From the IMG/VR virus record IMGVR_UViG_3300042868_009121, positions 1 through 64,000 of that record: 64,000 nucleotides of DNA; one strand, 5' to 3'. Positions 48,030 through 57,607 of this stretch are shown one piece after another; within the stretch, counting starts at the first letter, position 1; the number at the start of each line of letters is the position of its first letter. The notes under the pieces are model-generated. The model did no database searches. It was not told the DNA's origin and saw only the letters and a list, made by a program, of their open reading frames with translations. The DNA is from a virus. Both the position numbers and the translations under genes were made by a program.

Positions 48030-48431
48030 TTATTTTAATTGGTTTTGACTTGTATCTATTTTTTCAGTGATTACACTATCAGATTTTATAGTAGTATTTG
48101 TTTTTTCTTTACCCCAAAAATTCTTTTTAGTCTCAATATAAACAGTATCTATTTTATATACAATTTTTTCAGTAGCTATTGTTTGTTTACTTAATACTTC
48201 TTTATATTTTTCAACTTCAGTATTTAAATAGCTTATTTCTTTAACTATTTTAACTACTTGTTCTTTAGCAGTTGAATCTGATTGGTGGTAAACTAGAACT
48301 GCTGTATCAAAGTGTTTTTGGCTACTTTCAAGTATATTATCTACTTCTATCATTTGTTTAGTTATAACCTCTTGATCTTGGTTTTTACAACTAAATAAAA
48401 ATAAAAAAGATAATAGTAATAATTTTTTCAT
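48030..48431 (-). CDS. lipoprotein with coiled coil (o-spanin-like position)
   Basis: FLFSC lipobox; follows a TM coiled-coil gene. Confidence 0.55.
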   Translation of the reverse strand: MKKLLLLSFLFLFSCKNQDQEVITKQMIEVDNILESSQKHFDTAVLVYHQSDSTAKEQVVKIVKEISYLNTEVEKYKEVLSKQTIATEKIVYKIDTVYIETKKNFWGKEKTNTTIKSDSVITEKIDTSQNQLK

Positions 48432-48432
48432 A

Positions 48433-48735
48433 TTATTTAATTTTACCTAATTCTTGTAACAATGTAATTTTAGAAACAGCAGAAGCTAAAGCGCTATCAG
48501 ATCTACGAAGTTGATTTGATAATATATCAACTTTGGTTTCTAATACTACAATTTTAGCGTCTTGTTTAGTTACTATTTCTTTATTTGATAATTTAATATC
48601 AACATAAAGATATCCAATTGCAATTAATACAATAAATAATAATCCTTTAACAGGATCTTTGCTAAATTCTTTAAATGAGATTGGAGGTTTAATTGTTCCT
48701 GCCAATGATTCTACCGCTGTTTTTTTTGGTGCCAT
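48433..48735 (-). CDS. single-TM coiled-coil protein (i-spanin/holin-like)
   Basis: KGLLFIVLIAIGYLYVD TM then heptads. Confidence 0.5.
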   Translation of the reverse strand: MAPKKTAVESLAGTIKPPISFKEFSKDPVKGLLFIVLIAIGYLYVDIKLSNKEIVTKQDAKIVVLETKVDILSNQLRRSDSALASAVSKITLLQELGKIK

Positions 48736-48736
48736 G

Positions 48737-49852
48737 TTATTTTTGATTTTTACTACCTTCTTGAGTGGCGTATTTTATACCCATAATTGTTCCAACTATT
48801 GAAAACGCATTTGTCAATAATACACTAAACATGTTACTCCAAGTAGAGCCAATAATCTGTGTATCCTTACCAGTAAGCATTGCCATCCAATACAATGTAG
48901 TTGTTACAACACCTACGCCAATAATAACTGCTAATGCAACTTTTACAATCACCTTAATTAACTCGGATTGACTTTTTTTCATTACCACATCTAAATCATT
49001 TAACGCAGCATTTTTTTCTATTTCAATTGCGTCTTTCAGTTTTTTAGAGTTATCCAATTCAATTTGTAAATCTTTTGATAGGGCATCTATCTTGTTTTTA
49101 CTATTGACAGCTTCAGTAACATCAGTAGCAATTTTGATTACATTTGTAACATTTCCTTTGCTGTCAAAGACTGGATTATAGGTGGCTTGTAAATAGATAG
49201 TAGAGCCATCCACTTTTTTTCTTTCAAATATTCCGTCAAAAAACTTGCCGCTTTTTAAGGATTTCCAAAACTTACTATACTCATCTGATTTTGAATACTC
49301 ATAAGTTACAAAAATACTATGATGCTTTCCTATCACTTGGCTTTTTTCATTTGATCTATATCCCATGGTTTCTAAAAACACAGAATTAGCATCTACAATA
49401 AAACCATTAATATCAAAAGTAATAGTTGCAGTACTCTTATTAATTGCGTCTATCTGTTTTTTACTATTTACAATCATAGTAATGTCAGTAGCAACTTTCA
49501 TTACTTTAGTAATTGTACCACTCTCATCGTAAATAGGATTGTATGTTGCTTGTAAGTTGATAAGACTACCGTCTCTTTTCCTTCTTTCAAATTCTCCTTG
49601 ATAGTATTTACCACTTCTTAATATATCCCAGAACTTTTCATATTCCAATGATCTTGCATAATCTTCACATACAAAAATACTATGGTGCTTACCAATAAGT
49701 TCTGCATGCTCATCTGCACCATATCCCATTGCTTCTAAAAATATTGCATTAACACCTAAAATTTTTCCAGTTAGGTCAAAATAGATGATAGCATTGCTAC
49801 GATTAATCGCTTCAAGCCTACTTAGTAATTCTTCTTTAGATAGATTTTTCAT
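48737..49852 (-). CDS. tandem PAS/PAC sensor protein with coiled coil and two C-terminal TM helices
   Basis: Two repeats AINxS.AxIxFD..G..N..FL..MGY..IGKHHSIFV..EY.KFW..L.SGK..G.FER...DGS.I.LQATYNP..D..G....V.K.ATD.T (BdlA/MCP-type PAS); no MCP, kinase or GGDEF output domain. Confidence 0.88.
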   Translation of the reverse strand: MKNLSKEELLSRLEAINRSNAIIYFDLTGKILGVNAIFLEAMGYGADEHAELIGKHHSIFVCEDYARSLEYEKFWDILRSGKYYQGEFERRKRDGSLINLQATYNPIYDESGTITKVMKVATDITMIVNSKKQIDAINKSTATITFDINGFIVDANSVFLETMGYRSNEKSQVIGKHHSIFVTYEYSKSDEYSKFWKSLKSGKFFDGIFERKKVDGSTIYLQATYNPVFDSKGNVTNVIKIATDVTEAVNSKNKIDALSKDLQIELDNSKKLKDAIEIEKNAALNDLDVVMKKSQSELIKVIVKVALAVIIGVGVVTTTLYWMAMLTGKDTQIIGSTWSNMFSVLLTNAFSIVGTIMGIKYATQEGSKNQK

Positions 49853-50122
49853 TTATTGAGTTACTACAGTATCTACAACTTCAATAGCTAAAGTATCTAT
49901 AGGCTCTACAGGAACAATTACACTATTAATAGGAGTATCTGGAAAAGCATCGCTTACAACATTAATAATTGCTTCAAAATTCAATGATTCTTCAGCAATA
50001 TATCCTTTTTGAACAGCAAATATTCCAGCGGCAATTGCTACTACTGATAAGATGATTACAATTTTCTTTTTACCTTTAAATTTAGTTATTAAAGGAATTA
50101 GTTTTGATACTACGTTTTTCAT
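49853..50122 (-). CDS. single-TM protein
   Basis: Basic N-terminus, TM, acidic tail. Confidence 0.6.
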   Translation of the reverse strand: MKNVVSKLIPLITKFKGKKKIVIILSVVAIAAGIFAVQKGYIAEESLNFEAIINVVSDAFPDTPINSVIVPVEPIDTLAIEVVDTVVTQ

Positions 50123-50247
50123 TAATCTTTTTTTATATGGTTTTCTATATTTTTTATAACCTTTATATTTTGATCAATTAATTTACGATCTTTAAGGCCG
50201 TTCCTTCTAGACTTCATAGGTCTTGGTTTCGGTGATTTTTTTGCCAT
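50122..50247 (-). CDS. small basic protein (41 aa), absent from the ORF track
   Basis: MAKKSPKPRPMKSRRNGLK...; TAATG coupling at both ends. Confidence 0.5.
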   Translation of the reverse strand: MAKKSPKPRPMKSRRNGLKDRKLIDQNIKVIKNIENHIKKD

Positions 50248-50522
50248 TATAACTCCTCCTCTACCGGCTCTTCTTTAGCTCCAGCTTTTTTATTTACAAA
50301 CTTATCAATTGAAGCTATACCAAAGCATCCTAATACTAACCACATGAATGCATCGAATATAAAATCATTAATTACTAATGGCTTACCTAAATATCCGGTT
50401 ACAATATCTGCTAATGCAAATCCTACCATCATTACGAAAGCTAAAAAGCCTACTACAGACTTTTCATTAATATCATTGTTGTCTTTAAACAACTTGATAA
50501 AAAAAGATTGTTTTGATTTCAC
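50247..50522 (-). CDS. two-TM holin-like protein
   Basis: Two TM helices, charged C-terminus, adjacent to the endolysin. Confidence 0.55.
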   Translation of the reverse strand: MKSKQSFFIKLFKDNNDINEKSVVGFLAFVMMVGFALADIVTGYLGKPLVINDFIFDAFMWLVLGCFGIASIDKFVNKKAGAKEEPVEEEL

Positions 50523-50568
50523 TTGTTATACTTTTAATTAATAAATGTACAACCATTATGAAACTAAA

Positions 50569-51168
50569 CTACTTCAATAAGCTATAATACTCTTTGAAAT
50601 GCTTGATTCTGTCAGGAAGACCTATGGTACCACCATTTACTCTTTTGGTAACTGAAGTAACTACAGCATCTGTAGCACCTTGATCTGCAATTTTATGAAG
50701 ACCATTTTTATGGAAAAACCATGCAGCAGAAAGTAGAGGATACTTTGTTGCAACTAAATCTGGATTATCAATGATTGATTCGGCTACTACTGCATCGAAT
50801 GCTTTATAATTATCTTTTCCGGTTAATTGAATATAGCCTCTGCCACGAAATCTATAACCCTCTCCAGAAGCTTCAGGGCCATTACCCATTCTAGCTCCAT
50901 AAACTAGATTAGCAATTTTTTCTGGCTTGCGCTCATACAATTTAGCTTTTTCTTCTGTTGGGAAATACTTCTTGAATATACTCAATAGACCTTTTGCTCC
51001 GTAATTTAAATTTTCGTTAACTGCTTTAAATCCACCGGATTCGTGGCCTGCTTGAGCAAGAAAATGTGCTAAACGAAGTGGAGTGTTTAATTCAAATTTA
51101 GCAATTGTGTCTGGTAGCTGTGTAATAACAGCATCAGGGATATGCCCTTTAAGTTTGCTTATGTCCAT
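50569..51168 (-). CDS. glycoside hydrolase family 19 endolysin
   Basis: AHFLAQAGHESGGF, ENLNY, FRGRGYIQLTGKDNY, SAAWFF, TKRVNGG. Confidence 0.9.
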   Translation of the reverse strand: MDISKLKGHIPDAVITQLPDTIAKFELNTPLRLAHFLAQAGHESGGFKAVNENLNYGAKGLLSIFKKYFPTEEKAKLYERKPEKIANLVYGARMGNGPEASGEGYRFRGRGYIQLTGKDNYKAFDAVVAESIIDNPDLVATKYPLLSAAWFFHKNGLHKIADQGATDAVVTSVTKRVNGGTIGLPDRIKHFKEYYSLLK

Positions 51169-51376
51169 AGTATATAAATAATTTACTTAATTTATTTACA
51201 ACCTAGATTCAAAAACAATTAAAGTATTATTTTGATTATGTCTCTTATTAAATCTTCTCTTCCTAAAAATTCTAAAGCTATTAAAGATACTCCTAGTGCC
51301 AATCCAAATAATTGCGCTATAATTATAAACTTTAAAGAAAACTCTATTAGGCGGTTTTTCATAACATTTATAAATA

Positions 51377-51634
51377 TCATTTAAATTGGTTCAAAACTCT
51401 AGAAAGTTGATCTTTTGCCATAACTCCTGAGTTTCTGTATGCTACTTGACCTTGTCCATCTAGTATGATCAAAGTAGGTACTGATGTTACAGAATATCTT
51501 TCTGCAAAAGAAGCATCATAATCAACATTAATGTAGTTTATATTAACTCCCAATTCTCCAGATACCATTTCTACAACTGGTTTAAACATCTTACACGGTC
51601 CGCACCAAGGTGCTGTGAAATACAAAACTTGCAT
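51377..51634 (-). CDS. thioredoxin
   Basis: FTAPWCGPCK; SVPT. Confidence 0.92.
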   Translation of the reverse strand: MQVLYFTAPWCGPCKMFKPVVEMVSGELGVNINYINVDYDASFAERYSVTSVPTLIILDGQGQVAYRNSGVMAKDQLSRVLNQFK

Positions 51635-51635
51635 A

Positions 51636-52280
51636 TTAATTTATTTTAAATTTAAAGTTAGTTAATTTTTCTATTTCTTTTATATCTACTTCATTATTTT
51701 CAATTCCATCAGCTTTAGACTGATCATTATTAAATATATAAGCTTTCCATTCATTTTTGCTCTTTATATAAATAACTTTCCAACACTTATCAGGAACCGA
51801 TACTCTACCTATTTTTCTTTTTTCTCCTACTGAGCCTGTCCATACTTTAACTGAATCTAATGATTTAGCTAATTCTCTAGTACGCATTTCTAAAGTCTTC
51901 CAATCCCCTCTATTTAATTGTCCATATTGTGGAACCATATTAGAGAAATAAAAAGACTCTATCATAGCATCTTTACCAGAACACTGATTATCAGCTGCTG
52001 GAGCCATATGGCCACGATCAAAACCTGATTTGATATAATCACTAGCTAAATCGGTATAGGCGGCCAGAAGTGGGTCTGGTACAAATCTATCATGTCTTGG
52101 TATGGCTTTGTCACATTGAACCTTATTCTTTGTCACCCACCATTCAACTAGTACAGGATACTTTAAAGATTTTGAAAATACAGTAATATACTCTTTATGG
52201 AACAATCTCACTGTATCTTGTGCCTTTAATGACACACTAAGGAAAAGAACTATCGTTGTGGATAATAATGTTCTAAACAT
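51636..52280 (-). CDS. secreted DNA/RNA non-specific endonuclease (NucA/EndoG-like)
   Basis: Signal peptide; SGFDRGHMAPAAD, SNMVPQ..LNRGDWKTLE. Confidence 0.9.
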   Translation of the reverse strand: MFRTLLSTTIVLFLSVSLKAQDTVRLFHKEYITVFSKSLKYPVLVEWWVTKNKVQCDKAIPRHDRFVPDPLLAAYTDLASDYIKSGFDRGHMAPAADNQCSGKDAMIESFYFSNMVPQYGQLNRGDWKTLEMRTRELAKSLDSVKVWTGSVGEKRKIGRVSVPDKCWKVIYIKSKNEWKAYIFNNDQSKADGIENNEVDIKEIEKLTNFKFKIN

Positions 52281-52450
52281 TCTTTATTATAAATATCTTT
52301 TGTCCTCATATACCTTTTAGGTGTAAAAGTATACGAATGCTTAGGCCTATTCTTTTTTTCCCACTCTGCATATTGATCTTCTTTAAGCCAGTGATCTGTT
52401 TGTTTTTTCATTGTTTTAAGTAATAAGTCCCGTCTTTGTTCGTACGTCAT
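52250..52450 (-). CDS. hypothetical basic protein
   Basis: TATATTTG motif at 52455-52462. Confidence 0.45.
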   Translation of the reverse strand: MTYEQRRDLLLKTMKKQTDHWLKEDQYAEWEKKNRPKHSYTFTPKRYMRTKDIYNKECLEHYYPQR

Positions 52451-52531
52451 ATATCAAATATAAGCAAATTTTATTATCGTATGATAAAAATGTTTATAGT
52501 AATAGTGTATTAGGTTGATATTTATTTATAT

Positions 52532-52780
52532 ATGATGTTAGTAGAAGAAATACCGTGGTTGCACTTTGTAAAACTAAATCACATTAGAAAAATGTCTTTA
52601 AATGAGCAGGTTAGTGCTTATAGACAACATCTTTGTGATATTGAACAGATACGAATGTGTGGAGGAAAATCAAAAACTAAAGTAATTGGAAATATAGGTT
52701 ATCTTCAACAAGAAGATTTAAATTATATTTTACAAGAAGACGGATCAAAAATATTTGTAACAGGAATAAAAGAAGTATAA
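52532..52780 (+). CDS. hypothetical protein, possibly structural
   Basis: YLQQEDLNYILQEDGSKI repeat motif seen in phage tail-associated proteins. Confidence 0.55.
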   Translation: MMLVEEIPWLHFVKLNHIRKMSLNEQVSAYRQHLCDIEQIRMCGGKSKTKVIGNIGYLQQEDLNYILQEDGSKIFVTGIKEV

Positions 52781-52781
52781 A

Positions 52782-53429
52782 ATGCCAGATTTACCAATAT
52801 CAGGATTACCAGCAGCAAATTTACCTTTAGATGGAACAGAATTATTTGCGACAGTTCAAGGAGGAATAACTAAATACTCAACATTAAATTCAGTAAACTA
52901 TATTCCTGGTAATAGCTATGGATTATATGCTCAAATAGTAAATAGCACTCCTGTAACTGCTACAACATCAGAATTATCTTTAATAAATAGTACTGATGGT
53001 ATAGGTACATTAACTGTTCCTGCTAATGGTTTTAGAGTCGGAGATAGTTTTAGAGCGGATTTTGGTGGTCAGTTTTCTTCTAAGAATAATGATACTATAA
53101 GAATTAGAGTTAAAACAGGAAATGTAATCTTAGCAGATAGTGGAGTACAAACTATGTCAGCAGCAGTTGATGACATTTGGCAACTCTCTATTAATTTTAC
53201 AATTAGAGAACTTGGAGCAGCAGGAGTAGCAGATATTGTTTCACTTGGTGTATTTCATACTACAAAACAATCTAACGGTGCTCCGCAAGGATTTGCTTTT
53301 AATACTATTAATAATACAACATTTAGTACTACAGTAACAAATGTTTTAGATGTTACAGCTCAGTTTAGTTCAAATAGTCCTTTAAATTCAATATTTACAG
53401 ACATATTCGTATTGAATAAAATCTATTAA
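52782..53429 (+). CDS. probable virion structural (fibre/decoration) protein
   Basis: MPDLPISGLPAA..VQGGITK N-terminus; T/S/G-rich beta composition. Confidence 0.55.
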   Translation: MPDLPISGLPAANLPLDGTELFATVQGGITKYSTLNSVNYIPGNSYGLYAQIVNSTPVTATTSELSLINSTDGIGTLTVPANGFRVGDSFRADFGGQFSSKNNDTIRIRVKTGNVILADSGVQTMSAAVDDIWQLSINFTIRELGAAGVADIVSLGVFHTTKQSNGAPQGFAFNTINNTTFSTTVTNVLDVTAQFSSNSPLNSIFTDIFVLNKIY

Positions 53430-54502
53430 TTACTTAAGGGAGCTTTTATTTTTGAATGCGATTGATAATTTATTAACTCAAAACAATCTGGTCTGTAACT
53501 TAGTATTTTTTCGCTAAATGTTTTTTCTCCAAGATGTTCTTTAACTGCTTCATGCATATACCAATTCCTTTCAGTTATTTGAACTTTAGGTAATTCATAT
53601 GGAGTTCTAGTAATTTGTTCTTTAGCTTGTTCAATATGGTTATTATACAAATGAACGTCACCTAAATTACCAATTAAATCTTCAGGCACCATGTTTACTT
53701 CTTTAGCAATAATCTCAAGTAGTAGTGCATATGAAGCAATATTGAATGGTAGACCAAGGAATGTATCTACTGAACGTTGATTCCACATTAGAGAGATTGC
53801 TCTTCTTGGAATGTTTCGTTGTTCTAAACGATTTATAGCTACATTATGTAAACCATCTGGCGGCCAGTCGTATTTGGCAATGCTATACCTTTCTTTTAAA
53901 CTCAACTTTCTCGTATAAACTTGAAAACCATAATGACAAGGCGGAAGTACCATTTGATTTAATTCACCTACATTCCAAGCACTAACCATTAATCTTCTAC
54001 TATCTGGATTTATTTTGAGTTCTGAGATTAGGTTTGCGATTTGGTCTACGTGTTCAGTACCTTTATAGAATACGCTTCTACTATTCCAGTTTCTCCATTG
54101 CTTACCATAGATTGGTCCTAACTCCCCCCACTGTTTAGCAAACTCATCATCTGTTTTTATTTTTTCTACAAATGCTTCTTCCTTTGTAACAAACGGACCC
54201 CAATCAATTTCGCCGTTATATTTTTCATAGTTCTTAATTGCATCACCATTCCAAATATGACAACCATTATCAACAAGGTATTTGATATTAGTATCACCTC
54301 TTAGGAACCATAGTAACTCTGTTACCATAGTTTTCCACGCCATCTTTTTTGTAGTTAGCAATGGAAAGCCTTCTTTCATATTGTGCCTAATTTGCCAACC
54401 AAAGATTGATTTAGTGCCTGTACCTGTACGGTCTTTCTTATCTATACCAAAATGTAAGATATGTTCTAATATTTCTTTATACTGACGGTCTATATTATTC
54501 AT
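53426..54502 (-). CDS. thyA: thymidylate synthase
   Basis: DRTGTGT, FPLLTTKK, LGPIYGKQWR, SRR, LPPCH, QRSVDTFLGLPFNIASY, HLYNNH. Confidence 0.96.
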   Translation of the reverse strand: MNNIDRQYKEILEHILHFGIDKKDRTGTGTKSIFGWQIRHNMKEGFPLLTTKKMAWKTMVTELLWFLRGDTNIKYLVDNGCHIWNGDAIKNYEKYNGEIDWGPFVTKEEAFVEKIKTDDEFAKQWGELGPIYGKQWRNWNSRSVFYKGTEHVDQIANLISELKINPDSRRLMVSAWNVGELNQMVLPPCHYGFQVYTRKLSLKERYSIAKYDWPPDGLHNVAINRLEQRNIPRRAISLMWNQRSVDTFLGLPFNIASYALLLEIIAKEVNMVPEDLIGNLGDVHLYNNHIEQAKEQITRTPYELPKVQITERNWYMHEAVKEHLGEKTFSEKILSYRPDCFELINYQSHSKIKAPLSN

Positions 54503-54786
54503 TATTCAGTCATTGATAAGCGCTTATTAAATTCAGATGCTGCTGCATAGTTTTCATCTTCTAACATCTCAAGAGCAATATAATAGCGATTTAATTGAGT
54601 TTCATATACAAATAATTCACTTTTAATACTATCTGCAAAATTTTCTGCTTGTAATACTCTAGTTTGTAAACTATCACAAATTGATTGAACTTCTTTTAGT
54701 TGCTTTTGTGAAGATGATGTAAAATAAACTTGAATAAATAGCATTGCCATAGCTACTATGACAGCCGTAGTTAAAACCTTTACCAT
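54502..54786 (-). CDS. single-TM coiled-coil protein
   Basis: N-terminal TM then heptads. Confidence 0.5.
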   Translation of the reverse strand: MVKVLTTAVIVAMAMLFIQVYFTSSSQKQLKEVQSICDSLQTRVLQAENFADSIKSELFVYETQLNRYYIALEMLEDENYAAASEFNKRLSMTE

Positions 54787-54796
54787 ATTTAATTGT

Positions 54797-54988
54797 TTAG
54801 TATATTTCGTCGTAGATGTTTTCATCGGCCATCTCCCTACCTGCTACTCTATTTACAGCTTCTCTTTCATCTAAAAAATCTTCTCCTTTATAATCTGGGT
54901 GTTTTTTCTTCATATAGTCAATACCTCCTACCCACAGCCATACAAGTGCTGCTAATAGAGTGAAAGCGATAGCATAAATTATAAACAT
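54797..54988 (-). CDS. small membrane protein
   Basis: TM plus GIDYMKKKHPDYKGEDFL. Confidence 0.6.
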   Translation of the reverse strand: MFIIYAIAFTLLAALVWLWVGGIDYMKKKHPDYKGEDFLDEREAVNRVAGREMADENIYDEIY

Positions 54989-54999
54989 AGTATATTATT

Positions 55000-55575
55000 T
55001 TAGTCCCACCAGGTTCTAAGATCTGATCCATCCCAATCTTTGTATTCCTTATACTTCTTTCCATGGATGATCTCGCAAAACTCTTTCCACTCTTTTTGCT
55101 CTAACCTATGAGCTTCTTTATATACTTTTCTTTGATGATCTTTCTCTTCAGGAGTGTCATCATCAGCTAGCATATAAAAGTCTTCATTTCCTGTTTCTAT
55201 AAATCTGAGTGGTTTATAGTTAATTTGTCCGTGAATTTTTTCCGCCATCATGATATAGTTTGAATCAACTATGTTATCAATAATTTGACAGAGCCTCCTC
55301 ATTTTTATTATCTTTTTATCACTGGACTCTTTAACTTCATAACCTTTTGTTTCCATTCCGTTAGCCTGTATTTCTACAGACTTTCTCAGCATCATTAGAG
55401 TAAAGCTATGATCCCACCATCTATGAGACCACAACTCACGGCGAAACCTCCATACGTTCTTAAAGAACTCAGGAAGTTGTTTCACTATGGTATTATAAGT
55501 CCTATAAATAAGACTAGACTCCCACGTTAACCTCTTCAGACTTTGAAAAAAGGAATTTTTTGCTTTGACTTCCAT
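55000..55575 (-). CDS. conserved phage hypothetical protein
   Basis: W-rich, ends GSDLRTWWD. Confidence 0.65.
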   Translation of the reverse strand: MEVKAKNSFFQSLKRLTWESSLIYRTYNTIVKQLPEFFKNVWRFRRELWSHRWWDHSFTLMMLRKSVEIQANGMETKGYEVKESSDKKIIKMRRLCQIIDNIVDSNYIMMAEKIHGQINYKPLRFIETGNEDFYMLADDDTPEEKDHQRKVYKEAHRLEQKEWKEFCEIIHGKKYKEYKDWDGSDLRTWWD

Positions 55576-55626
55576 AACCTTTCTTTTGATAAATATATAA
55601 TAATAAAATTAAAGAAAAAAATATTT

Positions 55627-56121
55627 TTATAAAGCTATTTTTGGCATAGGTTTAAGGTTTTGAGTAACTGTTCCCTTTAACTCTTTCATGTATTCATAGA
55701 GCTCTAATGTTGTACCATTAAAAGATTCCATGATAGAATCTAACTCTTCTTCAGATACTTTAAATTCTTTCTTGAAGTCTTTCTTCATGTTTTTAATTAT
55801 CTCTGTTTCTTCTTTTAGGAAGTCTTCATGAAGCTTTTTGTATCTGGCTCTAAATAAACTTATCTTGTCTAATTTTTCTTCGTAACTCTTTAAATGCTGA
55901 GTAGCGTCTTCAAGTAAATAGTTTTCGTGTTCTGCCTGATAATAGTAGTCAGATGTTTCATAATCACCATTAAGTATCTTCTCATAAAGAGTGCGATAAG
56001 GATGCAGGGTTTGCCTTTGTTGATAGCGTCTCCACCAAACAAATTGATTGTAAGTTTTTCTTGACAATTGAGAGAGTCTTTTTTCAATATGCTCTCTCTC
56101 CATTTTAGTTTCGAATATCAT
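55627..56121 (-). CDS. hypothetical protein
   Basis: ORF with ATAAAGGTTATG leader. Confidence 0.65.
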   Translation of the reverse strand: MIFETKMEREHIEKRLSQLSRKTYNQFVWWRRYQQRQTLHPYRTLYEKILNGDYETSDYYYQAEHENYLLEDATQHLKSYEEKLDKISLFRARYKKLHEDFLKEETEIIKNMKKDFKKEFKVSEEELDSIMESFNGTTLELYEYMKELKGTVTQNLKPMPKIAL

Positions 56122-56138
56122 AACCTTTATTTTTTTGT

Positions 56139-56786
56139 TTAGTTGAACATGTCGTAATGCCTAGGATAAACGTGTAGATTTGTAATAAACCAATGCATTT
56201 GACCTACTGGATAGCCTGTCTTTTCTGAAACTAATTCCATTAGTTTAGCAAATGTGTATTGGTCGTTACAGAAACCAAACACAAGATCAATGGATCTAGC
56301 AAAGACTGTAAGATGTAGTTTATCGTTTTTGATATAGAAATTAAGTACGTCATTACAAGGTGTATCATATTTGTATCTATCTATTTCGTGTAGAATATAA
56401 TGTACAACAATTGCTCGACGTGTTTCTTTATTTCTTTTTAGTTCGCTAATAACTTTGTTAAGTTGTTCATTATAATTCCAGAAGTATCCGTAATTAGAGT
56501 TTACCTCTGTAGTATATGGTATCATCATTTGGTTCCATATCTTAGCACGTTCTGCAATTTGTTTAGCATCTCTATCTCCTTTAACATACCATTCCCATTC
56601 ATATTCTGCATAATCTTGGTTAAACTTACGTCTAGGAGTTGTAATTACTTTATCTGCTGGATTATCGACTGTAAAAGAAACATTGAACTTAGCTTTAGTA
56701 TTAGCAAAGTCTTCACCTGTATCTATGATATAATGAAATAAGTTTTCAAATGCACTAGTAGGGGTCGAATAAATTTTATTGTCCAT
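56139..56786 (-). CDS. thymidylate-synthase-fold dCMP (hydroxy)methylase, T4 gp42-like
   Basis: VNSNYG, TRRAI, catalytic DTPCN, RSIDLVFGFCND (Asp at the position of the ThyA Asn), NLHVY. Confidence 0.75.
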   Translation of the reverse strand: MDNKIYSTPTSAFENLFHYIIDTGEDFANTKAKFNVSFTVDNPADKVITTPRRKFNQDYAEYEWEWYVKGDRDAKQIAERAKIWNQMMIPYTTEVNSNYGYFWNYNEQLNKVISELKRNKETRRAIVVHYILHEIDRYKYDTPCNDVLNFYIKNDKLHLTVFARSIDLVFGFCNDQYTFAKLMELVSEKTGYPVGQMHWFITNLHVYPRHYDMFN

Positions 56787-57243
56787 ATTGTTCTACTTGT
56801 ATAAATTGTGATAAAAAGTCTATGCCTTGAGTATTTCGATATACATTCAAATATACAACTTTTTTTATTCCTGATTGCAAAATAAGTTTAGAGCAGTCTA
56901 AACAAGGACTAAGTGTTAAGTACAAAGTGGAACCATCTACAGAGTTGCCTGTTTTTGCTGCTTTAAGAATGGCATTAACTTCTGCATGGATAACATGGGG
57001 CAGAGTGACATCATCTTTCTCACAAGTGTTGTCCATACCTGCAGGAGTGCCATTATATCCAAATGATATTATATTGCCATCTTTAACTAAAACTGCGCCG
57101 ACTTTTGATCGAACGCAGTGTGACAGAGTAGAAGTTTCCTTAGCTATGTTAATAAATACTCTGTTTAGTATTTTTTGCTTAAAGTCCTGTAGAACCGAAT
57201 CCACCTGAGCCTCTTTGTGTATTTCTGTTTGGTAATTCATCAA
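56776..57243 (-). CDS. dCMP deaminase (true start uncertain)
   Basis: KVGAV, GYNGTP, HAEVNA, TLSPCLDC. Confidence 0.9.
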   Translation of the reverse strand: MMNYQTEIHKEAQVDSVLQDFKQKILNRVFINIAKETSTLSHCVRSKVGAVLVKDGNIISFGYNGTPAGMDNTCEKDDVTLPHVIHAEVNAILKAAKTGNSVDGSTLYLTLSPCLDCSKLILQSGIKKVVYLNVYRNTQGIDFLSQFIQVEQYGQ

Positions 57244-57607
57244 CTTCTAATATATCTAGGTAACCAACTGGAATTAAAACGAACTGAACTAATTTTTGTC
57301 CTGTAACAATAGTTTGATCTTTATCAGATGTATTAATCATGTGGAGATGAACTTCTCCTTCATAGTCTTCATCTACTACGCAAGCACCTACTGATAGTCC
57401 TTGCTTAACAGCTACACCTGATTTATTAAATGCTACTAGAGCATAGCCTCTAGGAACTTGTACTCTAACACCTGATGGGATCAATACTGATTCACCTGGC
57501 TTTAGTATTGTAGTTTCAAAATCCTCAGGTACATAAAAATCAATTCCTGCTGATGCTTCTGTGCCCCTATTTGGGGTCTTTACGTTTCGTAACTTTTGTA
57601 TCTTCAT
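57179..57607 (-). CDS. dut: trimeric dUTPase
   Basis: SAGIDF, NKSG, VDEDYEGE, KLVQ, RGSGGFGSTG. Confidence 0.93.
   Translation of the reverse strand: MKIQKLRNVKTPNRGTEASAGIDFYVPEDFETTILKPGESVLIPSGVRVQVPRGYALVAFNKSGVAVKQGLSVGACVVDEDYEGEVHLHMINTSDKDQTIVTGQKLVQFVLIPVGYLDILEVDELPNRNTQRGSGGFGSTGL

Noticed and set aside
53426-54502. Intron or intein in thyA (longer than the E. coli enzyme)
   Set aside because: Extra length is short in-frame loop insertions; no intein C/S...HN termini and no frame break
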